Positions 38,737 through 47,341 of a stretch of 64,000 nt of DNA are shown here, piece by piece; within the stretch, counting starts at the first letter, position 1, and each line of letters begins with the position of its first letter. The notes under the pieces are model-generated. The model was not told the DNA's origin. It did not search any database and worked only from the letters and a program-made list of their open reading frames with translations. The stretch comes from Vicinamibacteria bacterium. GTDB taxonomy: Bacteria > Acidobacteriota > Vicinamibacteria > Marinacidobacterales > Marinacidobacteraceae. Where the stretch lies: the NCBI GenBank assembly GCA_963555995.3, contig OY821641.1, positions 416,001 to 480,000 of the forward strand, given 5' to 3'. The position numbers and the translations under genes are program-made.

Positions 38737-39609
38737 ATGGCGGTTGTCGGCTTCGGCCTCCTCTCCCATGTCCCGACCATCATGCTGCCCGAGGAGACCC
38801 GGCGGGAACTGAACGAGGGCAGGGAGATCAGTCTGGTCCCCGGACTCCGCCGCCTCCGGAACGAGGTGTTCGATGAACTCGGGCCCGAAACCTTCGTCAT
38901 CCTCGACACCCACTGGGCGAGCACCGTGGAACACCTGCTGGCGGCGCAGGCGCGCCGCTCCGGCCGCTACACCTCGGACGAGCTGCCCCGCGGGATGGCC
39001 GGGGTTCCCTACGACTATCCCGGCGATCCCGAACTGGCCCACGCCGCCGAGGCGGCGGCGCACCGGCTCGGGCAACCCGCGCACGCTTCGGAGGACCCCT
39101 ACCTCCCGGTCCACTACCCGACGATCAACCTGCTCCACTACCTCTGGCGCGGCGAGCGGGTGGTGTCGGTGAGCTGCTGCCAGACGGGGACCACGCCCGA
39201 CTTCCTGGCGATGGGCCGGGCGATCGGCGAGGCCGCGGAGGAAACCGGCCGGCGCACCGTGCTGCTCGCCTCCGGGGGGATGAGCCACCGCTTCTGGCCG
39301 CTGCCCGAACTCCCGCTCCACGAGGCATCTGATCCGGTCCACGTCCGCACCCCGGAGGCCCGCGCCGCCGACGACGAGCGGCTCGAGTGGCTACAGGCGG
39401 GCGATCATCGGCGCGTCATCGAGACGATGGACGAATACGCCCGCGTCGCCCCCGAGGGCCGCTTCGGGCACTACCTGATGGCGGTGGCCGCCGTCGGCGG
39501 CGCGGACTGCACCGCCCCGGGCCGGCTTTATTCCGAGTACGAGAATGCCGTCGGCACCGGCCAAGTCCACATCTGGTTCGACTGCCCAGGGGACGGTTGG
39601 GCGGGATGA
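38737..39609 (+). CDS. LigB-family extradiol dioxygenase (homoprotocatechuate 2,3-dioxygenase HpaD-like)
   Basis: SHVPT, LDTHW, G.YTSDELP, YPGDPELA, ASGGMSH.F, EG..H, GTGQV. Confidence 0.88.
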   Translation: MAVVGFGLLSHVPTIMLPEETRRELNEGREISLVPGLRRLRNEVFDELGPETFVILDTHWASTVEHLLAAQARRSGRYTSDELPRGMAGVPYDYPGDPELAHAAEAAAHRLGQPAHASEDPYLPVHYPTINLLHYLWRGERVVSVSCCQTGTTPDFLAMGRAIGEAAEETGRRTVLLASGGMSHRFWPLPELPLHEASDPVHVRTPEARAADDERLEWLQAGDHRRVIETMDEYARVAPEGRFGHYLMAVAAVGGADCTAPGRLYSEYENAVGTGQVHIWFDCPGDGWAG

Positions 39610-39759
39610 GGGGCGAGCCTCGTCCCATCGGGGGTTGCCATCAAGAGCTGTTGAGGTGGTCCGGCAGGTCCGGCCAAGCCCGAAGGCCGCCGGACTGCAT
39701 GGTGCAGGCTCTATTCGTATCCCGCTCCGGCTCTGCCGTATCAACGGGCCGTTCGCTGC

Positions 39760-40146
39760 TTACGTCATCTCTGGATAGAGGTCGACGTGAACCGTGCGGT
39801 CTGCGTGGAGTGCTACCTCCAGAACTCGGCCCTTGATGTCCTCTTCCGCCAATCGGATCAGCGCGTGCTGAAACAGTCTTGTCTGCACGTCGAGGCTGTT
39901 CAGCCCGTGCGCCACGGTCACGCAGACCAAACCGGGATGCCCTTGCTCACGCTCCATCAGCGCCGTGAAGTCGGCGCTGTCGTTCGTGACCAGTACATAC
40001 CCGTCAGCCACCGCGCGTCGTACCAACGCCCAGTCCTGCCAGGCCCTCAGCCCGAGCCACGTCACGTGGGTGGATTGCGGGTATCCCCGCTCGCGCGCGA
40101 TGGTCGCCAAGTTGGGGCTGAGACACTCGTCGATCAGGAACTTCAC
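39760..40146 (-). CDS. DUF5615 PIN-like toxin
   Basis: KFLIDECLSP, HV..LGL...D, VLVTND..DF, HPGLV; GTGA overlap with upstream gene. Confidence 0.85.
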   Translation of the reverse strand: MKFLIDECLSPNLATIARERGYPQSTHVTWLGLRAWQDWALVRRAVADGYVLVTNDSADFTALMEREQGHPGLVCVTVAHGLNSLDVQTRLFQHALIRLAEEDIKGRVLEVALHADRTVHVDLYPEMT

Positions 40147-40766
40147 CGCGCCGGAGGCAGCGCAGCGAAGGCTGTATCGTCGGAAGCGATTGGCCGGCCT
40201 GAGCGCCAAAAGGGTTCTTGGCGGGGACGGCCCCGGCGCGGGTAGGCCTGGGCATAGAGGGCCGCGGCCTCGATCTGCTCCTCGGTGAGGGCCGGCCAAG
40301 CGTCGCGGACAGCCGCCACGTCATCGCCGTTGGCGAGCATTTCGGCGATGTCGTGCGCCGGGATTCGGGTTCCCCTGACACAGGGAGCGCCGGAGAGGAC
40401 CGCGTCGTCGGTCGTGATCGTCTCGCGAGCCCGCGCCAGACGGGAGAGTCCTGCCCGCACGTCGTCTTTCATTGCGCGGAGGTCCACGGAGACCTCGTGC
40501 AGGCGGGCCGTTTCCGCCTCCGGATGCCCCAGGAGGTAGCGAACCAGCCGGCGGCGGCCGTCGAGCGTGAAGATCGCCGTCGTTTCGTGGACCAGTCTCA
40601 GGCTCACCAAGCCGTCGCAGTGGACGGAGCGGGACCCCTCGCGGCGTCCCGCGGCTCTTCCCAGTACGCCCGCATCAATGACTCGATGGACTTGTCTGAG
40701 GGGCACGCCGGTCACGCAGGCGGCTTCGTTTGCCGATAGCGTCCGAGGTACGCCATCCACGACCAT
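40143..40766 (-). CDS. DUF433-domain antitoxin with N-terminal HTH
   Basis: D.AVLSGAPCVRGTRIP..IA.MLA.G....V...WP.LTEEQIEAAALYA. Confidence 0.88.
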   Translation of the reverse strand: MVVDGVPRTLSANEAACVTGVPLRQVHRVIDAGVLGRAAGRREGSRSVHCDGLVSLRLVHETTAIFTLDGRRRLVRYLLGHPEAETARLHEVSVDLRAMKDDVRAGLSRLARARETITTDDAVLSGAPCVRGTRIPAHDIAEMLANGDDVAAVRDAWPALTEEQIEAAALYAQAYPRRGRPRQEPFWRSGRPIASDDTAFAALPPAR

Positions 40767-41058
40767 TAATCTTTCCTCCGTAGAGGAAGAAATAATAGCC
40801 GTACTGCCACGGCGATGCCAGGCGCCTTGTCGTCAAGCTCCCTCGCCTTGGATGGACGCCGCCGAGTGAACCGGCCCGCGATGTAGCAGCGCGCGGGGAC
40901 GGCGGCCTCTCAGCCGAGGCAGTGCTGACAGACGCCTGCGTCCCGCTTGTCGAGTTCCCGGAACTTCGCTTTGGCTTCCCGAAGCGAAGCGAAGGGACCG
41001 TGCCACCGGTTGTCCGGGCGCGTATCGGGCTTGCGGTTCCCGGCGCCACCGACCGCGG

Positions 41059-41412
41059 CGCGTCGCGGCCGAGGAACTCGAAGCGTGCGGACCGCTTCCC
41101 CGGCAGAGCGGCGTATGCATCACGCACGGCCGACGCGTCCAGGCGGTCGAGATCTTCGGTGCGCCGAACCTCCTCCGCGCCTACTGGAGCGGCCTCGTCC
41201 GGGCGTATCTCGCGGACCCGGCCGCAACCCGGGACCGGCCCTCCGCCGAGCGCGCTCTCTGGGCCGTGCGCCGCCTGACCTGCATGGAGCTCAAGTCCGC
41301 GCCCGGACTCGGGCTCGGCACGGAAGTCCGGGCGGTGGACGACGTGCTGGCGGGAGTGGCGTTGCTCGTGGAAGGCGGCCTCGTCCACCAGAGCGCCCTC
41401 TTCGCCGGCTGA
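41059..41412 (+). pseudogene. 5'-truncated remnant of an ARPP-1/DUF6569-like gene
   Basis: frame with no start codon at its 5' end, reading PLPRQSGVCITHGRRVQAVEIFGAPNLLRAYWSGLVRAYL...PGLGLGTEVR...GVALLVEGGLVHQSALFAG*; family recognised from memory only. Confidence 0.5.
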
Positions 41413-41438
41413 TCGGCCAAGGGCGGCGCGCACGTGTT

Positions 41439-41593
41439 GGAACGCCGGCTTCAGCCGGCACCGCGCGCCGAAGGCAGGCGGCGAGACGGACTTCATTCGC
41501 CGGGATGGCTCGGCTGCGCGCGCCCATGCACCTGGGGTAGCGACGCACCGCCCGCGCCCTGCGGGCCGCTGTGCCGGCTGAAGCCGGCGTTCC
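41439..41593. repeat. inverted REP doublet (REPIN-like)
   Basis: GGAACGCCGGCTTCAGCCGGCAC at 41439 (+) and 41571-41593 (-). Confidence 0.88.
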
Positions 41594-41709
41594 AAGCCGG
41601 CGGCGCCATCACGGCTTGTTGGCCGGCGGCTCCCAAGTTGGGTGAAGACCGCAGCGCCTCGCCTGGCTGATCGTGTGATCGGTATGCTGCGCTGAATGGG
41701 AGAGCATCC

Positions 41710-43335
41710 ATGGACCGAAGAGCATTCCTGAAGACCACCGCGGCCGGCGGGGCCGGCCTGACCGCGAACCTCGCGTGCGCTCCGCCCGGCTCCGAGACGC
41801 CATCGGGCGCCGGTGCGCAGGGCGAGGTTCCGGCGTTCGAGTTCGACGAGGTCACCGCCGCCGATCTTCAGCGGATGATGGAGTCGGGCGAGCACACCGC
41901 CCGTTCGATCACCGAGGCCTACCTCGGGCGTCTCGATGCTCTGGACCGGCAAGGTCCGGAACTGCGTTCGATGGTCGAGATCAACCCGGACGCGCTCGCG
42001 ATCGCGGACGAGCTGGATGCCGAGCGCGCCGCCGGCGGAGTTCGCGGGCCGCTGCACGGGATTCCCGTAGCGCTCAAGGACAACCTCGACACCCACGACC
42101 GGATGACCACCACGGCGGGATCGCTGGCGCTCGAGGGCTCCATCCCTCCGCAGGACTCCTTCGTGGCGGAGCGGCTGCGCGCTGCCGGCGCCATCCTCCT
42201 GGGCAAGCTCAACATGAGCGAGTGGGCCTACTTCCGGGGGGAGCGGGCGACCAGCGGCTGGAGCGCGCGGGGCGGCCAGTGCAAGAACCCCTACGCCCTG
42301 GACCGCAACCCGTGCGGGTCCAGTTCCGGCTCGGGAACGGCGGCCTCCGCGAACCTGTGCGCGCTGACCGTGGGCACCGAAACGGGCGGTTCCATCATGT
42401 GCCCCTCCTCCAGCAACGGCATCGTGGGCATCAAGCCCACGGTGGGGCTCTGGAGCCGCTCGGGCATCATCCCGATCTCGCACTCCCAGGACACCGCCGG
42501 TCCCATGACCCGCACCGTGCGCGACGCGGCCATCCTGCTCGGCAGTGCGGTGGGCGTGGACCCGCGCGACGAGGCCACCTCCGGTAGCGAGGGGAACTTC
42601 CACACCGACTACGCGCAGTTCTGCGACCCGGCGGGGCTCCAGGGGGCGCGCATCGGGGTGGCGCGCAGCTTCACCGGCTTCGATCCGCGGGTCACGGCGC
42701 TCTTCGACGACGCGATCCAGGCGATGGCGGACGCCGGAGCGGTGATCGTGGACCCCGCGAACCTCCCCGAGGCGGCGTGGAACGACGAGTTGCCGCTGCT
42801 CCTCCTCGAGTACGAGTTCAAGGCCGACCTGAACGCCTATCTCGCGACCCTGGGCCCGGACGCCCCGGTGGGCACCCTCGCGGAGATCATCGCGTTCAAC
42901 GAGGCGAACGCCGAGCTGGAAATGCCCCACTTCGGCCAGGAGCGCATGATCGCCTCCGAGGCCCGCGGTCCGCTGACCGACGAGGCGTACCTGAACGCAA
43001 AGCGAACCATCCAGCGCGCCAACCGGGAGGACGGGATTGACGCCCTCATGGACCAGCACGAGCTCGACGCCATCGTGGCGCCCACCCGCGACCTGCCGTG
43101 GGTCACCGACCACATCAAGGGCGACCGGCTGGACGGGGGCAGCAGCGCCGGACCGGCCGCCATCGCGGGCTACCCGGACATCAGCGTGCCGATGGGCTTC
43201 GTCTCCGGGCTGCCGGCGGGCGTGTCCTTCTTCGGGCGGGCGTGGAGCGAACCGGTGCTCATCCGCATCGCCTACGCCTACGAGCAGGCGACCCAGCAGC
43301 GCCGGGCGCCGACGTTCGCGCAGACGCTGGGATAG
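41710..43335 (+). CDS. amidase-signature family amidase, Tat-exported (probable lipoprotein)
   Basis: MDRRAFLK twin-arginine signal; GPLHGIPVALKDN, GSSSGSG, GTETGGSIMCPS. Confidence 0.93.
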   Translation: MDRRAFLKTTAAGGAGLTANLACAPPGSETPSGAGAQGEVPAFEFDEVTAADLQRMMESGEHTARSITEAYLGRLDALDRQGPELRSMVEINPDALAIADELDAERAAGGVRGPLHGIPVALKDNLDTHDRMTTTAGSLALEGSIPPQDSFVAERLRAAGAILLGKLNMSEWAYFRGERATSGWSARGGQCKNPYALDRNPCGSSSGSGTAASANLCALTVGTETGGSIMCPSSSNGIVGIKPTVGLWSRSGIIPISHSQDTAGPMTRTVRDAAILLGSAVGVDPRDEATSGSEGNFHTDYAQFCDPAGLQGARIGVARSFTGFDPRVTALFDDAIQAMADAGAVIVDPANLPEAAWNDELPLLLLEYEFKADLNAYLATLGPDAPVGTLAEIIAFNEANAELEMPHFGQERMIASEARGPLTDEAYLNAKRTIQRANREDGIDALMDQHELDAIVAPTRDLPWVTDHIKGDRLDGGSSAGPAAIAGYPDISVPMGFVSGLPAGVSFFGRAWSEPVLIRIAYAYEQATQQRRAPTFAQTLG

Positions 43336-43399
43336 CGACCCGCGTTCCTTTCGCGATCGCGGACACCGTTCGCCGCGTTCCTGACTTGGCATGGTGAGC

Positions 43400-43556
43400 G
43401 CCACATTGGAGCCTGGTGCGGCGAGCGATCACGCTGTTTGATGGTGAAAGGTTTGCGGACCTGGTGATTCAGCACGGAATCGCTGTGCGGAAGCGCACGG
43501 TCGAAGCGCCGGAGATGGACACCGAGTCACTGCGGCGCGAAGTGGAAGCCGAGTAG
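43400..43556 (+). pseudogene. C-terminal fragment of an Mrr-type restriction endonuclease
   Basis: ATLEPGAA, then a +1 shift at ~43424, then AITLFDGERFADLVIQHGIAVRKRTVEAPEMD, resembling the Mrr ITLIDGE.L.DL.IE.GIGV tail. Confidence 0.6.
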
Positions 43557-43846
43557 TCGTTCTTCTCGCCAAGTCGCCCGCGGCGTCCTCGAAGGCGTAC
43601 GGGTCGTCGCTGCAGGTTGCCAGCCGGACGACTATTCGGGCCCTGAATGAGATTCATCCATGGCGTGAATAGATCTCCGCACTCTCTTCCTCATGGAGAC
43701 CGGCTTTCGGGCGAGCGAAGGCGCCCGAATTTCGGACAGTGTCCGCGCTCTCCTGAGTCTCGCTTTCCCGGAGGACGGACCTTCATCAGTCCCTCAGAGT
43801 GGTGGTAGGGGGAGGGACCGGAACTCGTGGTCCCTTGGGCCACGCC

Positions 43847-43869
43847 GTGCCGGCTGAAGCCGGCGTTCC
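43847..43869 (-). repeat. REP-like hairpin
   Basis: GTGCCGGCTGAAGCCGGCGTTCC. Confidence 0.8.
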
Positions 43870-43926
43870 CTTGCCGCCGCGCCGCCCGACTCGTCGGGGG
43901 CGCCAGACGAGAACTGCTCTGACTGT

Positions 43927-46089
43927 CTACGGTCCCTCTTCCCCGTAGGTCATGCCGAGCTGCATCATGAGGAAGGCGGTGTCCATGGCCCGGTCCGGGA
44001 CGCGGCTGCGTCCGCCGGCGTGGCCCGCGCGCGGGCGGTAGCGGAGGATGACCGGCAGCCCTGACGTGGAGGCGGCCTGCACGCGCGCCGCCATCTTGCG
44101 GCCCTGGAGGGGCGGCACCCGGGTGTCGAGGTCGCCCTGGGTGAACATGACTGCCGGGTAGTCGGTCCCGTCCTCGACCGCCTGGTAGGGCGAGTACTGC
44201 CGCAGGAACTCGAACTGCTCGGGGACGCCGCCGTTCCCGTATTCCAGCAGGGCCGGCATGTTGTTCGTCTCGGTGAAGGTGTAGAAGCGGACCATGTCGA
44301 GGTCGGGGAAGCCGCAGTAGACCGCGCGGTAGAGCTCGGGCCGCTGGGTGAAGGAGCTGGCCACCAGCAGGCCGCCGTTGCTCCCTCCCATGATCGCGAG
44401 CCGGTCCGGGTTCGTGTAGCCGTTCTCGATGAGCCATTCGGCCGAAGCGATGAAGTCGTCGAAGACGTTCTGCTTGTTCTCCAGCATCCCGTCCCGGTGC
44501 CAGTCTTCGCCGAACTCGCTCCCGCCCCGCAGCGTCGCCACCGCGAAGACGCCCCCGGCTTCCACCCAGACCGCCGCCTGCGCCCGGAAGGACGGGGTGA
44601 CGCTGACGTTGAAGCCGCCGTAGCCGTGGAGCAGGGTGGGGAGGTTGCCGTCGAGTTCCGCTCCGCGCGGCCGCACGATGTACATCGGCGCCTCGGTCCC
44701 GTCCTTCGAGGTGTACCAGACCTGTTCCACGAGCACGTCGCTGCCGTCGTACTCGGGACGGGGCGGCTCGATGAGCTCCCGCTCCCAGGTTTCGAGATCG
44801 AGCCGGTAGCGGGTCTGGGGGACGGTGAATGAAGACAGGGTGAGCATCGCCCCGTCCTCGCCCAGCTTGCTGAGGCTGGCGGTGTGGTAGTCGGGCAGGG
44901 GGATTTCGTCCACCGGCTCCAGCGCCGCTCCGTCCCCCGCTTCGAACACGAGGATGCGGGAGGCGACGTTCGCCAGCAGCTCCACATAGGTCCGGTCTCC
45001 GATGGTGGTGTAGCCGCGGAGCAGGTGCTCCTGCTCGGGGATCCAGTCGGTCCACCGGGAGCGGTCCGACCAGCGGGACGGGTGCACACCCTCCGTGGGG
45101 ACCGCGACCACCCGGTAGTTGGAGGCGTCGAGGTCGGTGGTGAGGAGCAACCGGCCCTCCTCGCTGCGGGCGGTGACGTGGGCGCGTTCGCCCTCGATGA
45201 CGGGGTGGATCTCGCCGCTCGCCCGGTCCATGACGAAGACGTCGTTCCGCATCCAGCCGTGCTGGACGCCGAGGAGCAGCAGGCGGCCGTCCTCGATCTC
45301 CTCGAGCCGGAGGAAGGTCTCCGGGCCGTAGCCCGCGCCGAAGATCTCCTCGTCCTCGCTCATCTCGGTCCCGATCCGGTGGTAGCGGGCCCGCGGGCCG
45401 TCCTGCCGCGACCGGTGGACGTAGTAGAAGCCCTCGCCCTCGCCGTCGAAGGCGATGGTCCCGTAGAGCGCCTCGGGCAGCCGGTCGGGCCGGTCCTCCA
45501 GCGTTTCGAGGTCGAAGAGGCGGACCATGATCTCGTCGAGCCCGCCGTCCCGGATCCGGTAGAGGAGGAGCTTCCCGTCGGGCGAGATGTCCACGATGTC
45601 CACGCTCGCCCAGTCGTCGAACCCGAGCGCCTGGGCGTCGAGGAGGAGCTCGTAGTCCCCGTCGGGATCAGGGCGTTTCCCGGTGGGCTCGCCCTCGGGC
45701 TTTTGCCGCCGGACGATGCGCGCCTGGAGCTCGCCGGGGCGCCGCAAGGTGAAGAGTTCGTAATCACCGGCTTCCCGCGGCGCCGAGACCTGCGCGACCT
45801 CCATGAGTTCCGTCAGGCGGGCCGCGATCCGGCCCTCGAGCGCGGTGTCCGAGACGATCTGCCGGGCGTACTCGTTCTGGGCGTCAATCCACGCCCGGGT
45901 CTCGGGGCTGTCCTGGTCCTCGAGCCACCGGTATGGATCGGGGATCTCGACCCCGTGGATCGTGTCGGTGACCACCTCCACGCGGGTCTCCGGCGGCGGC
46001 GGCCAGTCGGGGGCGCATCCCGGAGCGAGCAGGACGGCGGTCGCCAGGACTGCCGGAAGACGCAGGGAAACGGGAACGGTCAGGCGCAT
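43927..46089 (-). CDS. prolyl oligopeptidase (S9A), probable lipoprotein
   Basis: DPYRWLED, YGGF, RGGSEFG..WH..G, GGSNGGLL, DTRV, AGH. Confidence 0.95.
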   Translation of the reverse strand: MRLTVPVSLRLPAVLATAVLLAPGCAPDWPPPPETRVEVVTDTIHGVEIPDPYRWLEDQDSPETRAWIDAQNEYARQIVSDTALEGRIAARLTELMEVAQVSAPREAGDYELFTLRRPGELQARIVRRQKPEGEPTGKRPDPDGDYELLLDAQALGFDDWASVDIVDISPDGKLLLYRIRDGGLDEIMVRLFDLETLEDRPDRLPEALYGTIAFDGEGEGFYYVHRSRQDGPRARYHRIGTEMSEDEEIFGAGYGPETFLRLEEIEDGRLLLLGVQHGWMRNDVFVMDRASGEIHPVIEGERAHVTARSEEGRLLLTTDLDASNYRVVAVPTEGVHPSRWSDRSRWTDWIPEQEHLLRGYTTIGDRTYVELLANVASRILVFEAGDGAALEPVDEIPLPDYHTASLSKLGEDGAMLTLSSFTVPQTRYRLDLETWERELIEPPRPEYDGSDVLVEQVWYTSKDGTEAPMYIVRPRGAELDGNLPTLLHGYGGFNVSVTPSFRAQAAVWVEAGGVFAVATLRGGSEFGEDWHRDGMLENKQNVFDDFIASAEWLIENGYTNPDRLAIMGGSNGGLLVASSFTQRPELYRAVYCGFPDLDMVRFYTFTETNNMPALLEYGNGGVPEQFEFLRQYSPYQAVEDGTDYPAVMFTQGDLDTRVPPLQGRKMAARVQAASTSGLPVILRYRPRAGHAGGRSRVPDRAMDTAFLMMQLGMTYGEEGP

Positions 46090-46135
46090 GGCGATCCTCC
46101 GATGGCAGGCTCTTGCCGTAATCTACCGGGTCGCC

Positions 46136-46699
46136 GTGCCGTTCCGCCTGCCTCCCGACCTGGTCCTCGACCCCGAACGCGGATTCCGCATCTACGAAGG
46201 GGTGGTCGCGCCCGACTGGACCGACCGGAACGGCCACATGAACGTCGTGTACTACCGGCGGGCCTTCGATCAGGCGACCCAGCACATGCTGAGCCGCATC
46301 GGACTCTGGGACAACGACAACGACCACGGGTCCACCTTCGCACTCGAGGACCACGTCACCTACCAGCACGAGCTGCATCCAGGCCGCGCGTTCTTCGTCA
46401 GCTACCAGCTCCTCGACTTCAACGAGAAGCTGATCCACGCCTTCCTCCGCCTCTTCGGGGAGCCGGAGTCGGATGGCGGCGAACCGGTGCTCGCCGCCAC
46501 CTGCGAGCACATCGGCGTCTACGTGGACATGCGCACGCGCCGCTCCGCGCCGATGCCAGCGGAATACTGCGCTCTCCTCGAGGAGATCTCCCGCCGGCTG
46601 GAAGTGATGCCGGAGCCCCGCGAAAAGGGCCGGGTCATCGGCATCCGCCGCCGCGCCTCCTCAAAGTCCATTCACCGCCGGATACCGGTAGGCGTTTGA
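46136..46699 (+). CDS. hotdog-fold acyl-CoA thioesterase (4HBT-like)
   Basis: V.PDWTDRNGHMNVVYY..FD, FALE.HV.Y..EL, VDMRTRRSAPMP; start uncertain. Confidence 0.8.
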   Translation: MPFRLPPDLVLDPERGFRIYEGVVAPDWTDRNGHMNVVYYRRAFDQATQHMLSRIGLWDNDNDHGSTFALEDHVTYQHELHPGRAFFVSYQLLDFNEKLIHAFLRLFGEPESDGGEPVLAATCEHIGVYVDMRTRRSAPMPAEYCALLEEISRRLEVMPEPREKGRVIGIRRRASSKSIHRRIPVGV

Positions 46700-46736
46700 A
46701 ATCAACCACCCACACCCAGAAACTAAGGAGTCCCTC

Positions 46737-47243
46737 ATGAAGACCCGTGTTCTCGGCGGCGTCGTTGCCGCCGCCCTTCTTCTCACCGTTTCGACAGCCT
46801 TCGCCCAGAGCCCGCGGGGAACCGCCGAGGCGACGGTGGGCGCCGCCGCCGTCTCGATCGAGTACGGCCGTCCGAGCCTGCAAGGGCGCGACATGCTGGG
46901 CCAGGCCACCGACGGGATGGTGTGGCGGCTCGGCGCCGACGCCTCCACCACCCTGACCACCAGCGGCGACCTGGACTTCGGCGGGACGAAGATCGCGGCC
47001 GGTTCCTACAGCCTCTTCGCGAAGAAGATGGGCGACGGCTGGACGCTGCTCGTGAACTCCCGGACGGGGCAGTGGGGCACCGAGCACGACGCCTCGCTGG
47101 ACATCGCCGAGATCCCGCTCATGGTCCACGGCGGCGAAGCCCGCGAACAGTTCACGGTCGTTCTCCACGGACAGGGCAGCAACGGCATGCTCCACTTCGA
47201 GTGGGGTGAGACCGTCCTCATGGCCATGTTCAAGGCCGAATAG
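46737..47243 (+). CDS. DUF2911 domain secreted protein
   Basis: signal peptide; SP, I.YGRPS..GR, VWRLGA...T, GSYSLF, QWG, W. Confidence 0.88.
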   Translation: MKTRVLGGVVAAALLLTVSTAFAQSPRGTAEATVGAAAVSIEYGRPSLQGRDMLGQATDGMVWRLGADASTTLTTSGDLDFGGTKIAAGSYSLFAKKMGDGWTLLVNSRTGQWGTEHDASLDIAEIPLMVHGGEAREQFTVVLHGQGSNGMLHFEWGETVLMAMFKAE

Positions 47244-47341
47244 GAGGCGGGACCGCCACGGACCTGACACTTTCCGAACCGGCCCGGCCACGCGGCCGGG
47301 CCGCACTCCGTTGTTTCATTCCACCAGGAGGAATCGCCGAA

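Noticed and set aside
43560-43660. Minus-strand DPYAFEDAAGDL resembling a restriction-nuclease N-terminus
   Set aside because: Short match, no start codon, and could be chance.
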